64,000 bases of DNA from Lama guanicoe (lineage: Eukaryota): assembly GCA_013239625.1 (NCBI GenBank), contig MU053304.1:124001-188000 (forward strand), in the 5' to 3' direction. Of this stretch, positions 39,561 to 52,409 are shown piece after piece. The first letter of the stretch is position 1, and the number at the start of each line of letters is the position of its first letter. The notes beneath the pieces are model-generated. The model did no database searches. It was not told where the DNA came from and saw only the letters and a program-made list of their open reading frames with translations. Both the position numbers and the translations under genes were made by a program.

Positions 39561-41547
39561 ACAGTGAAGAGACTCTGTCACTCTGATATTCAACTATCCC
39601 TATACCCTACAAGCTTACTCATCCTAGGCTACCCACACAAAAAATTTTTTCTTACAGTATAATTTCCAAACAGATTTTACATATTTAGAGCATACAGATA
39701 TTAATCATCTTTCCTGTGCATTCATATTTCCACAATGCTATAAAATTATTTCTGAGTATAAATTCAAATATTGTCTTCACTGCCAATAGGCATTTTCCCA
39801 CCAGTTCAGATAAAATCTACTGGTCTTTGACTGTCTTCTCTAAGATTCAGTGCTATTTATCAATATGAATTTTATGTTGACAAGCTACTTAAGTACTTAG
39901 TTAAGAATATACACTTGTGGATCTACTTTAGGACCAGTCAATCTTTGTTATTATCTGTCAGTTTCCTGTGTTGTCATAAACAGTGAATTGGGATTTATAT
40001 GAAGGGAATAATATTGTCAGTAGTTTCAAATGGCAATGACAGCTTCCCCCATTTAATGCAGAACAATTTAATCCCGCTTTCCACCAGGCAAGGAAAGGGG
40101 TTCCCTTGACAACAGAAGAGTTGAGATTTAAAGCACAATCCTTGAATTTCTTCTGTTGCCCACCCACAGTGAGACACAGTCAATATTTATTTGTCAGATA
40201 AATGTGGCAGATAGTCACCAATGGAATATCATTTTCTTTCAAACCCAAGAAGTGTGCTCTGAATAACTCAGAAAAGACATCAAAAACAGTCACACACTAT
40301 TAGAGTTAATATGTCTTGAAATATTTAGTTTGGCGATTTCATAGGGTATTCTAAGGAACACTAGTTCCATGAGATGATCCACCAAAAAAAGTTGTAAGAA
40401 ATCCATTAACCCACTGTTTTCCAAAAATGAGTAACCTCAGAACCTTTTTTTCTCCATAGCACCTATTAAAATCCCAAAGAATTTGTGACCTACCAACATC
40501 TTTTAGAAAATTCCTAACGTGCCCAAATAGTCCATTTTACAAAAGATGAAATGACTCTCTTTTTCCATCTCTCCAAATGTAACTGATTTGCCCAAGGTCA
40601 CTCAGCTAGTCCCTAACTTCTAGTGCTCCTTCCATGCTACTACACCAGAGGAACCTTTTCTAAATGGCAATTTAATCAGACTGGACTTCCTGATAAACAG
40701 CAAGATCATTAGTCATTTAATGTTAGTTATGTTTGAAAGTTTTCCCACAACAGGGTTGACCTGAAAGAGGTTAGTATTGTATGTCTCTCCTTTCAAGTTG
40801 CTATTTCAAGGTTGGTTTTACCTGGAGTGAGAGTAAATTTCTGTCTATTTGGAATAGTTCCATCTTGAAGATATTTCAATATTTCTTACCACAACACCCT
40901 TTCTGTGCTCAGTATTTTTAGCTTATTGTTTTCTATTTTGGCAGCTGAGAAGCTGCAGTTTGTAATTTTACCTCCAGCTTCATATTTCTTCTTACAAGTG
41001 AATACAATGTCCTGTTTATAATAATAAAATCACTAGTTGGCAGAACGACATTAAATGGAAAAAAAAAAGAGAGAAAGCAATTGGAAAATTTAGAGCAAGC
41101 AATTTTAAGTGCCAAGTTTCACATTTGTAATGGTCCAGTGGAGGTCACTGGGCTTCCTTTTTATTGAGGGAATAGTGAAGAAATAGATATCGACAAGCTC
41201 TCCTGTGAAAAAGCATAGAAACCACCTCCACTTCAAGGAAGCTCATAGTTTTACTGAAAAGTGACGTGATCCAAACTTCCACAATACTACTAAATTATAA
41301 AAATCAGTTTAGCGTGGTATTTTCCTGCTCCAATATTTAGGTTTTCATTTTCCACTTTAATTGAGTCTTTAAGCTTTGGTTCCAGTTCAGCAACAAGAGA
41401 AACAAAACAATATGAATGAAATTAGAATTGGGGCCAGTCTCAGAAATAACCTTGGGGTTTCTTGGGCTTCTGGTGCAACCCCCTTTAAGCAGTTTCCTTT
41501 GGATATATTCTCTTCCTGATCCCCAAAGGATTGCTGTATTGGTGTTG

Positions 41548-41598
41548 CTTTTTTTCTTTTTTTCTTTCTTCCTTTCTTTCTTTCTTTTTTTTTTTTTT
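41548..41598. repeat. T-rich/(TTTC)n simple repeat
   Basis: Direct reading. Confidence 0.85.
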
Positions 41599-44500
41599 GC
41601 CTCAGATGCCCTGCTAAGGAGAGCTTCAGGTCTAGGCCATGCAAGCAGCAATCCTCCAGAGACAGGAGCAGAAGGTCCAGAAAAATGGTGCTCCCAATCA
41701 GAAGGCCAGATTGCCCCTAGAAGTTCACACTAGCCTTACTTCTTGAAAATTGCTAACCAACCATTTTTCTTTTCAAAATAAACACTGTTTCTCTCAACTT
41801 CAGTTTGTAAAATATTACCCCAATTCCACTGGACTAAAAAACTGGAATTTTACTGACATAATTGGATTATGAGGTTTAAAGATTGATGGAACTTTTCTGT
41901 TCCAAATACAATTGTTCAAATACCAAACCTAAACGGATATGTAGAAGCCCTTACGTAGCTAGCACCAGAGTAACACTGTAGGATCCATGGCAGAGTGGCC
42001 CAGCAGAAGGGGTGAAGAAGCTATCAAAACCATAGGCGTTGTGAGCCCTGTTACAGAAAGAAGGATCTAGGAGTCTCAGAGCAACGTATCACCTTTTCTG
42101 CAGCCACAGCCTATCCCTAAGTCACTCTAGTTCCCTCTATGCCTGCTCATTTCTCAGATCTCAGCTCAAGCACTGATATGCTTGGCAGTTTGTTCATATG
42201 AATATTACAGCACTTGCCATTCTCTGCTGTAATTTATCTGAGTATAAACGCATCCTCCTGAGGAAAAAGTAAAGCCATAAAGAACAAGGGCTGGGCCTTA
42301 CTTGTCTTTGTATTTCCAGTGAATAACTTAGTATTTGGTATACATTATATATAGTTATGTATATTATATATACAGATATATAAATAATACACATAAATAG
42401 ATGAATATAGGAGAGAAGAAGGGAGGAAAAGGAAAAAGGTTTTATCTAGGAGTTTACAGAATACATATGCCTATTCATAGCACATGCTTTTTTAGCATGT
42501 GTTAGGACTCATTCCTAGTTCTTTTGACATTCATAGAAAAATTTATATTGATAAAACCTCATTGTAGGCACTAGATCTCTGAGCAGAAGAAATCACAGTA
42601 TTATAAACTCTTGTACCAACTATCTCTCTCCTCCATTACAATTCCATATTTGACTATTGCTTAATACATTTGATTCATGCTCCTCTGCAACAAAACTGAG
42701 AATTCCATAAGAACAGAGACTACTATTTTTGTTCATTGTTGAATCCCTACTGAATCCCTACTGAACCCATGGATGGTATTTAATAGTTATTTGTTGACTG
42801 AAAAACTAAGTAAATCTATCACAAGTCAAAGAGAAGAAAAAGGTCATCAGATCTAAACACTTCAGCACACTAAGTACTTCTCTATTTTTCATTGTAAAAA
42901 GTTAGAAATTAACTGTGACTACATAAATACATGAATTAACCCTGGCATCCTCACATGGTGTGTGGATCAGGTGCTAAATGAGGTGTACAGATGAAAGAGT
43001 CAGTGTTCCAGAAAAGAAAGGCAATGATATTGACATTTTCGTTGATTCCTATACTTTGAGCCAACTGTGAACAAGGGATATTTACCCATGCCCAGTATCA
43101 TGGATTTATGGAAATTATCTAGTTTTAGTTAAACTAACCTTTACAAAATAGGCAAGTGGCAAAAAAAGATTATTGAAAAGATCCACAGATTAAAGATAAT
43201 ATTAAATTAATAGGACTAATACCACTAACACCATGAAAATAGCAATTTCTTCTGCTCCTAATATGAATTCATCATCAGCCACATTATGATTTCAAAACAG
43301 TGACTGTCAATCATATGTTACCTGGCAGATATTTAGAAAAAAATAAATACACTTAATCTGTCCCTTCAGGGTAAAGGTGCTATTTTAACAATGATTTTTA
43401 AAAAGTTACTGCTTTTTGAAAACAAAACAAGAAACTCAAGTTTTTAACATAAAATTCTAAAAGTGAATGTTCTGAAGTATTTCCATTATTATACAATTTG
43501 GGGGCCAAAATGACCTAATCATATAAACTACAAAACTGCTCATATTTATACACTTAAATTTCCCAACACAGTTTTCAAAATAGTTTTTAAAGATGCCAAC
43601 TGAAGAATAACCCAAGATTATGAAACCATTTTTAAAAATCTAAAAATGCAGCACCTTTCAATTAGTCCACAAGAACTGACTGACATCTTGAAAGATGGAA
43701 ATTCATTAGTTGGGTTTCAAAACAAATTTGAATATAATCAGTGAATAGGAATAAAAAAGGAGTATTATGATTTAAGTTCAGCTAACTTCTTTCAAGATAC
43801 GAGGTTATCTTTTTCAGTTACGATAACCATTAAAAACAAAACAAAGTATCAAAAGACACAAAACTTATAATCAGACCTCTGTATTTCCATATTTCAAATT
43901 GTTAAAACAAAATTTAAAAACCAACACAGAATATTCAATCACATTGCTTTCACTAGAATAGATTTATTAATATGAACAGTTTTCTATACCTTTTTAAAGT
44001 AAAATAAAAATATTTTAAAACTTATTTCATTCTCGTTTTCCCACTTTATGTATGCTTACAACATACATAATAAATTAGTAAAGTAGTAAGTACACTTGTA
44101 ATTTTAAAATGAAGGCATACTGTTATAGGGATGTATGTTCAAAGTTTAGAGATTACTACTTTAAGCATCAGGAAGCACTTAAAAGATTTTAAGCCAAAGG
44201 AGTTAAAAAAAATTCAGATTTAAATTTTAGAAACATAATTCTAGAGATAATTAGCAGAGAAAAAAATTTTGGAAGCTAAAGTGGTTAAAAAAAAATCTCT
44301 CTTACTGTGCTAACAGCAGAGAGCATCCTATAAGCTCTCTGTATCTTTGGATCCTTTGGCAGGAACATAGGTATATTTTAACAGAGCCCATCTGCAGAGC
44401 AAGTCCTCCTATTCTGTGGTCTAACTCAGAAGGCAGAAGGAGCCAAAGAAAAAGGCAAGGTGGGGCCACGAGAGGGGAACTGAGCAAAATACTGGATTCT

Positions 44501-44629
44501 ATGATTATTGGAGTGCCATTTTTATTTAGCTGCAGACTAGGAGTCGGGCTAGAAAAGACTGAACACTTCTCTTTTTCGATATTTCCATTTCTAGTCTTTA
44601 ATAGTTATAGAAGTTATTTTTCTAAATAA

Positions 44630-45180
44630 TTTGAATAATATAGAAATTTATGAAATGAAAGTAAAATATTGCCTCTCTACCTCCTACTATGTCATCAAGC
44701 CCATGTATAGTATTCACTGTCAACAGTTTGATGTATTTCTTTCCGGAACTTTTTCCATGCATATATACTTTTATGTGCCATGTATATGTTTGGGTGTACA
44801 TACACATTTATATAGTTCTTATATTATTTGACTTTATTAAAAAAATAAGCTCATATTTCTATTGTTCTGAAACCTGCTTCTTTCACTTCACAATACACAC
44901 TGGCCATTCTTTTCAGGACAGTCCACATGGGTCTAGCTTTTTTGCAGCTGCACAGAATGCTGTCTTATCGATATGACACGTTATCTAACCATTTCTTATT
45001 AATGGACATTAGCAGTGTCACTTTTATAATAAAGAGCAACAAACATTCTTGTGCATATCCTCAGACACTTCTTTGAGTAGAACCGATTCCTAGAAATACA
45101 GTTTTTAGGTAAAAGGATAAGTACATTGAAAATATTGGTAGCTACCGCAGAACAGCTATTATAATTTACACTTCAAACAA
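44630..45180 (-). mobile_element. L1ME-like 3' fragment
   Basis: cactgtcaacagtttgatgtatttc...ctgcttctttcactt...aatggacatt...aacattcttgtgcata. Confidence 0.6.
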
Positions 45181-46075
45181 AATTCAGCCATTCATTCTGA
45201 CTTATTTTTCTCACTGAATTTTTAAAATAGATTCCTAGATTTAGGAAAAGATCTCAGAAAACAAGTCCTTCAATTTGAATATGAGAAAATGAAGGTTCAG
45301 AGAGTAAGGCTATGAGCCCAAGATCTCAAAGCCCCTGATGAGATAACTAGCCAGCAAGAGTTCCCTCAACAGTGGTTACTGTTGAAAGCCAAGAACGCAA
45401 CTTGAGTTAACTGACTTCAAATATCATGTGTGTTCCATCAGAACTACTAACAAGCAGGAAACGGAACTGTCATCTCCTTTTTCTTGCCTACCCTCAACAA
45501 GAAAAGAAGAAAAGGGAGTAAATTCCTAAAAGATACAATAGCAAGAGGGAGCCGGAAAGGAGGATTCTCAAACTAGGTGGAGTAACGGGCATCAAAAGCT
45601 TAAGGTATCATAAATTCAGCTGCACAAAGTGAGCAAGTGCGGTGGAAAAGACTCTGACATGGGATGACCTTAGCAAAAACCTTCCACAGCCTCAGTGGGT
45701 TGTATGAAAAGTTTCTTGGTTCTAAATATCTCCATGTGGCATCCAAAATGAATGCCAGTACTGAAACCAAATTCTGAAGAGAAATATCAGAAAAGAACTA
45801 ACATCCCACAATGAAGAAACATCTTCAAAGAAGATGTTGTTAAAAAAAATACCACAAAAGTACTTTCCAACAAATTCCAGACCTAAAAGTAAAGCTTTAA
45901 AATGAAACTCCAAGCACAGAAGTCTTGAATCCTTTGCTTTGTGCCTGAAGAGGCCCATTTAAAGGAAGGCACTTCTAACCAGGTAACACTGTCTTTACTT
46001 GACCAGACCTAGGGGGCATAACAATGAGAAAAGAAGGTGGCAACTAAACTTTTTTGAAATTAGAATGGTCTAGAA

Positions 46076-46386
46076 CAGAGGTCAACACACTTTTCCTTAG
46101 GCTTTGCAGCCCACATGGTCTGTTGCAGCTATTCAACTCTGCTGTTATAGTGCAAAAAAAAAAAAAAAAACCAGCCATGGATCATATATAACCAAATAAG
46201 CATGGCTGTGTCCCAGTGCAACTTCATGAATGCTGAAATTTGAATTTTTATATAATTTTCATGAAAGATTATTGTTTTGACTTTTTTCACTATTTAAAAA
46301 CACAAAAACCATTCTTAGCTCATGGGCTGTACATAAAAGGCAACGGGCTAGATTTAGCTTGCAGGCCATCATTTGCCAACCTCTTG
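46076..46386 (+). mobile_element. MER58-like hAT-Charlie element
   Basis: cagaggtcaac...taggctttgcagccc...attcaactctgctgtt...catggctgtgtcc...tttgccaacctct. Opposite orientation to the copy at 17824. Confidence 0.8.
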
Positions 46387-46528
46387 GTACAGAGCACTTA
46401 ATTCTGAATTGAACTGAACTTGTATGTTGGCAGAAAGACAGAAACATCTGAGCCCAGCTCCTAAGAAAGTGAAGTTAGAAGGCAGGAAGGTAGACACACA
46501 CTGTTCTTAAAGAGTTTTAGATATTTAC

Positions 46529-46702
46529 CTTAAATCTCTCCTCTTGCTGAATTCCTCCAATGGAACTGTCCAAGGCAGGCCTTGAGGGAGACATTCCAAA
46601 ACTTCTGAAGGGAAATCAGAGAAATCCACACCATACTCTGTTAGTATGCCTTCTGTTTCAGGCTCGATTTCACCAGCCTGCCCAAGACTCTTAGCCAGCT
46701 GC
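46529..46702 (-). CDS. DIS3L2: DIS3-like exonuclease 2, internal coding exon (174 bp, human exon 9 equivalent)
   Basis: Minus-strand translation (G)[57 protein letters not shown](R), recognised as DIS3L2. Acceptor ctctctgtcctgtccacag|G, branch-like CACTAAC at 46732-46738, donor AG|gtaaat. Phase 2-2, length divisible by 3. Confidence 0.97.
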
Positions 46703-48089
46703 CTGTGGACAGGACAGAGAGGAACACCTGTGTTAGTGAATAAATGGAACATTAGCGACCTGTTTCCTAAAAGTGATGGTGGTAGAAAGTCTTTAAAAAC
46801 TCTTGTCCTTCCCCCAGCAGGACCACCACCACCAGTGAATGGGGGGCCAACAAGGAGGAATGATGATATTCTTGTCCTGTGAACTTCATGATGACAGTGT
46901 AATTTTACCTTTCTTCAAGAAATCTGATCTGGGGAATAGGGCCAGACAGCCCTTCTTAGGACTCCTGCAACTGTTCTTCCTGGAGAAGTCAAGTAAACCT
47001 TTTGTCAATTCTTTCTCTTGCAAACATCTTTAGAGACAACTCTGATCAACCTAGTTTGCTGTTAAATCATTAGTTTCATAGTGCCTATACCTTAAGTCAT
47101 GTTCACTAGATTAGACCTAATGTATATATTTATTTCACAATTCTACTAATTTTTACCGTATTAATACTTAAAACTATTTTATCTGAACAGAAAAGTGACA
47201 TATGTTCACTGTAGACAAGTTAGAAAAGACAGAAATGTACCAAGAAGAAAAATTTAATTATCTTTAATCCAGTAACCCAGCAAACTACTATTCATACTTT
47301 AGGGTACTGGTCCATTAAAAGTAAGATTGCATCTAACAGGCTGGTCCTGATGCTGTAAATAAGATTCCATCTTTTAGAAAGCAGACCTCACTCTTTATCT
47401 GTGGGTCATCTATATATGTATCAAAATTGATAGCTCTCCATTCTTGTAAATATTGACATGCCATACATAGACCACAAATCTAAAGGTAAGTGTTGAATAC
47501 AGATAGTCGATAGGAAATGCGACATGAGTCTTGAAACAGCTGCCTTTGTTGACAGTGTTGGGAAGACCAAAGATAGCCACTTCCTCCACTGCACAGGTTT
47601 ATTCATCCACCAGGGTGATCTAGGAATCTGCCCTCAGCAATTCCTGCAAGGAGTTTATTAGGTCTGGCATTAGGGCCTCCTCTGGGATTATTCAATTTCT
47701 TTGAAGAAGATCCTGTTTCCTACATAAGGGTAGATGCCTGGCTGCTAGAGTTCACAGGTATGCAGTGGTGAAGGGAACTGGAGATGTGGTTGCTTTATAG
47801 GCAGACTTTTAATTCCCAACTTCAGCCTTGTTACTTGAACACAGCATTGGTGGCAGAAATGCTGGCCCCATTTCTCATATGCCAGCCAAGAAAGACCAGC
47901 CCACTGTTGACACATACAACCTGCCCATGAGCCAGACTCTAAGGAGACTGTGGGTTGACCTGTGGGCTCCAGGAAGCCTGTGGGCTCTTCACATACAATG
48001 GTGGCTCAGACCAATGCCTTCTCTTCAAATGTAGGTGGTGATATCCCAGAAAGCACATCAAAAAGCCAAAGACAGCAAAAATACAAGGG

Positions 48090-49375
48090 AAAAATAACAG
48101 AAAGCTATCTGGAAGATCCACAAATATGTGAAAATTAAACAACGCATGGATTAAAGAAGAAATAAAAAAAGAATTAGAAAATATCTTTAACTGAATGAAA
48201 TACAACGCATCAATATTTGTGAGAACTAGCTAAAGCAGTGCTTTGAGGGAAACTTACAGCATTAAATGCTCATATCGAACAAGAAGAAATGTGTCAAATC
48301 AATGATCTAAACGTCTACTTTAAAAAGCTGAAAAAAGAAAAGCAAACTAGATCTCAGATAAGCAGAAGAAAAGAAATAAGAAGCAATGGATAGAAAATGA
48401 ACAAACAATAAAGAAAACCAATGAAATCAAAAGCTGATTCTTTGAAAAGAGAATAATAGGTTTCTGGTGAGGCTGACCGAGAAAAATAAGACAAATTACC
48501 AATATCAGGAATGAGACAGGGGACATCACTTTAGATCCTACAAGCATTAAAAGGACAATAAAGGAATTATGAATGACTTTAGGCCAACAAATTCAGTATC
48601 TTGGATGAAATGGATGAACGCCTTGAAAGATACAAACTGCATAAGACTATTCAAGCAGAAACCAATACTTAAATATTCCTTTATCTATTAAATAAACTGA
48701 ATTCATAGTTCAGAATGTTCCCACAAAGAAAACTCCAGGACCAGATGGCTTCACTGGAGAATGCTACCAAGTATTTACGAAAGAATTAATACCAATTCCA
48801 TACAAACTCTTTCAGAATATGGAAGAGGACAGAATGCTTCCTAACTAGTTTTATAATGCCAGCATTATCTTGATACCAAAATCAGACAAAGGATTCATGA
48901 GATCAATATTCCTCATGAATACAGACTTAAAATTCTTATGAAATACTAGCAAACAGGATTCAGCAATATATAAAAAGGATAATACAACATTCAAGACCAA
49001 GTAATTTAAAGATTTGTCCAACATTCAAAGATTAATCAATATAATTCATCATACTAGCAAACAATAAAAAAAATACATACAATCACAATCATCTCAATAG
49101 ATGTAGAAAAAGCATTTGGCAAAATTCAACATCAGTTCATGATCAAAAGACTCAGCAAATGGGTAATGAACAGGAACATCCTCTACCTGATTACTGGCTC
49201 CTATGAGATTCCTGGAGCTAATACCAAACTTAATGGTGAAAGACTAAATGCTTTCCTCCAGATCAGGAAGAAGACAAGGGCATTCATTCTCACCAATAGT
49301 ATTAAACATAGTATTGGAGGTCCTAGTGAGCATCATAAAGAAAAAGAAAGAAAAGGCATATAAATTAGAAAGGAA
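48090..49375 (+). mobile_element. Old LINE-1 ORF2 fragment
   Basis: ccaggaccagatggcttcactggaga, tctcaatagatgtagaaaaagcattt; ORF 49248 SGRRQGHSFSPIVLNIVLEVL resembles L1 RT [20 protein letters not shown]. Confidence 0.88.
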
Positions 49376-49469
49376 GACTCCCACATTGCATGCAAGTGGG
49401 CCAAAGGAGTACAACTCCCATTACATAAGTGACCAGCCTCCTACTTAATTCCTGGCCTCTTTTTAGAGA

Positions 49470-49915
49470 AGACCCTTCTCACTCTATGAAAACTAGTACA
49501 CTATGAAACAAGTACAGTGTGAAAGCCAGCACACTGTATGACTTAGACTCTGCTTCAACTCAAGACTTCGAATATGAAGAGGATGACACAAAGACAAAAA
49601 GGTGCTTAAGACTTACGCATGGCTGCTAGAGTGGTTTTCAGTGATAATAGTAGTGGTAGGAGTGTCCTGTGGCAATGTTTTCCTGCCAAGAGCAGTGGTA
49701 AGAATCATTGGCACTGTTGCCAAACTAATCCTGATAAAAGACTACGGCTGGACTTCTTGTTCTTGCCTGTCCAGATTTGCCTTGGTTTCTGCCCATAACT
49801 TTCTCAGAACATTCAAGACTCTTTCAGTTTCTATGAGGTCAATATCCTTCTAGTAAATTCCTTTTCCAACCAGAGTTGGTTTCTCCTGTTTGCAACCAAG
49901 GATCCAGACAGTTAA
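49470..49915 (+). mobile_element. MLT1-type LTR fragment
   Basis: 3' terminus agtaaattccttttc...cagagttggtttctcctgtttgcaaccaagga. Confidence 0.55.
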
Positions 49916-50639
49916 AGGCTTGAGTCTCATTAATTTTCAAAATGACATTATTACCTGTGTTCACTAGAATGAAGTTCCTATTAAGGATTTGGAGAACCTG
50001 TCATCATCACGTTTGAAGTTTGAAGGATATTCTGGAAATTAACTAGTATTTTGAAAATTAATGGGAACTGAACTACCTCCAATCCATCTAAACAACTAAT
50101 TATTCTCACAGGTTCCTGACGTTCTGTTTTCTATATCCATTTCCTAATACTAATGTGTTTGTCTGGGTTCTTGGTTGCAAGCATGAGAAACTCTGGTTAA
50201 AGAAGGAATTTATTGAAAAGATACCAAAGAGCTCACAAAAACATTAAGAGACTTGGAGAACCTAAAAGAGGGATGGAAACAAAGAATTACATGTTCAACC
50301 TCTAAATTCTTAACTCCAGGCTAAGATGGAAACTCAAAAACTTTCTATGTATATCAAAAAAGTATTTTGGTTCTCTTGCAGCTGCCAGGCTAAGACAGAA
50401 AAAAATTCAAAGGGTGATAAATTACTACATCATTGAATTCAGGTTCTCACTAAGTCTCTTATGTGAAAAGTAGGAGTAATAATCATAAAAAGTAAGACTC
50501 ATAGAACCAAACTATCTATCTATATACATACATAAAATATAAGATATTATATAGGAGGAAATGGGAAGGTCTGAGTACCTTGGATTCCTAGTTCCAACTG
50601 CCCTTCCATTGTCATAAGTCATAAGTAGACTATGATAGT

Positions 50640-51640
50640 ATATCCATTCTAAAGGGTGGTCTCTGAAAAGGTGGTGGGGCAGAAACTTCCTCCCTGCAGG
50701 CAGAACTACAAGCAACATATTCATGGTCCACTTTGGCTGAGGAAAGATGGTCTAACGGGCAGTGTCTAGAAGTTTAACCAACGGACAGGGATCTGAAAGA
50801 AGAACAACTGGAGTACTGGTGACAAAGACATCTGCGGAAGAGACATGTGGGTGAAATAAACCTACTGAAATGAGCCCAGAGTGCAACTATTTGTGTTCCA
50901 TGAGGATGGTCAGCAAAAGACTTCTGTGGAGGCAAGATGATCTACCTTGAGAATGTCAACTAACCTCCTTCCCTAGCCACTGCAGTACTTGTTCAATGGG
51001 CATAAGAACAAAGTACATGACAGGAAATGAGCTCACAGCATGAACTTCCTCTCACTAATGATAACCTGGCTACCACCCTTGCAGGATGCCAGTTTTACAG
51101 CAGCAGCAACCAACTCTGAGGCTAGACACAGAAAAATGGCAGAAGGACCCACCAACTACTAGATAGCAAATTAAGTTTACTAAGCTCTTCTGTGATGGAA
51201 AGGGCAGTAACCTTCTCCATTAAAAGAAACACTAATTCTGGGTTTGAGTTTGCTGCCTTCATTTGTTCTACCCACCCTACTAGTATAAATACCATAATCC
51301 ATAAATCTACCAAACACCTTTTAGGCTATTATGTTATCTCATTCAACATTGTTTGTAACCAAGGATTTCACATTACAGATGCAGCAAAGCCCACTGAATT
51401 TACTGATTAGAATGATGTAATATTGTACTGATGGGCTCAATCGAGAGGTAACACCTTGTGAGGTTGCAGTGCTAGAGCCGTGCACACGGTCTGGGGACCA
51501 AGAGTGCAAGGGAGGAGCTGGGCCTTTCAATATCATACTTAAGACCCACTCGTAATAATACTCACTCCTCAACTGAGAGGTTTTAGTACCTCTGGGGACA
51601 CAGTCATGATTCTTCTGGATTTGAAGCTAAGACTCCAAGA
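50640..51640 (+). mobile_element. ERVL/MaLR internal (pol RNase H-integrase) relic
   Basis: Degenerate ERVL pol motifs: ggtgacaaagacatctgcggaagagacatgtgg (like GDKEIWGRGMW), gttcaatgggcataagaacaaagt (like AQWAHEQS), CPxCQQQRPTL-like at about 51085-51120. Confidence 0.7.
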
Positions 51641-51780
51641 ATCCCAACTGATACGACAAGGCATAATATATACTACCTACTTCCTTCCTGAAGAAACCTC
51701 TGCAATTTAATCAGCTAAGAGAGGACTCAGAAGTAAGAGTTCAAGAATGGCAAATAATAATAAAACAGGTTAATCACACA

Positions 51781-51860
51781 TTATGTTGAGACATATGAAA
51801 TTGCCAATATATCTGACTGTTTTTTACCTATAAAACACAATTTCACATGATTCTGCCCTA
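51781..51860. mobile_element. MADE2-like mariner MITE (about 80-bp palindrome)
   Basis: ttatgttgagacatatgaaattg...caatttcacatgattctgcccta, an imperfect inverted repeat of MADE2 size and sequence. Confidence 0.75.
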
Positions 51861-52250
51861 CAGTATTAGAAATTACATAAAATAACTCACCATACAAATA
51901 ACCCAACAGCATACATAGTTTCTGGGAGAAGTATAACGTAGATCATATAAAGCTTATTAGAGAATTAGACTAACATAAAAAGAAACATATTTTATTATGT
52001 GGTAGGAGTCTCATTAACAGTCTTTGTGAGGCAGACTTAAAACACAGTGGCCATCCTTTTCCTACCTGGTGAGGTTGGAGTGGCCAAAATGATTATCTTA
52101 TGCCTGAAATAGTGGGCTTAAATCCTTGAACAAAAGGCATTTTATAATATCCAAGTTAAAAAACAGACTACTAAAGTCCAGGAAGAACTCATTATTTATT
52201 TAAAGATGGTGGGGAGAGGCAGGGAGAGGAGCCATCCTAGGTGTCTGATT

Positions 52251-52292
52251 AAAAAAACAAAACAAAACAAAACAAAACAAACAAACAAAAAA
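52251..52292. repeat. (AAAAC)n simple repeat
   Basis: Direct reading. Confidence 0.85.
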
Positions 52293-52409
52293 ACTGCACG
52301 TAAAAAGGGAAAGATAAGCAAAATAAATGGCAGAAGAATAAGATATACCTTAGAAGTATACAGACACAGAAATGACTTTCTTAACCAAAGATACAGGTGA
52401 GAGCTCAAA

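Larger units (their letters stand above)
14651..46528 (-). other. DIS3L2: DIS3L2 intron (31,878 bp, GT-AG) between the two exons; 1-14570 and 46703-64000 are the flanking introns
   Basis: Bounded by the donor at 46527-46528 and the acceptor at 14651-14652. The protein sequence is continuous across the junction (RRDLR|RDCIF). Confidence 0.93.

Noticed and set aside
42740..42768. Short 11-bp tandem (tgaatccctac); a similar 20-bp tandem lies near 21595-21631
   Set aside because: Ordinary slippage duplications.
47339..47370. ggctggtcc start resembling a Y RNA
   Set aside because: Similarity ends after 9 nt, with no complementary 3' stem or terminator.
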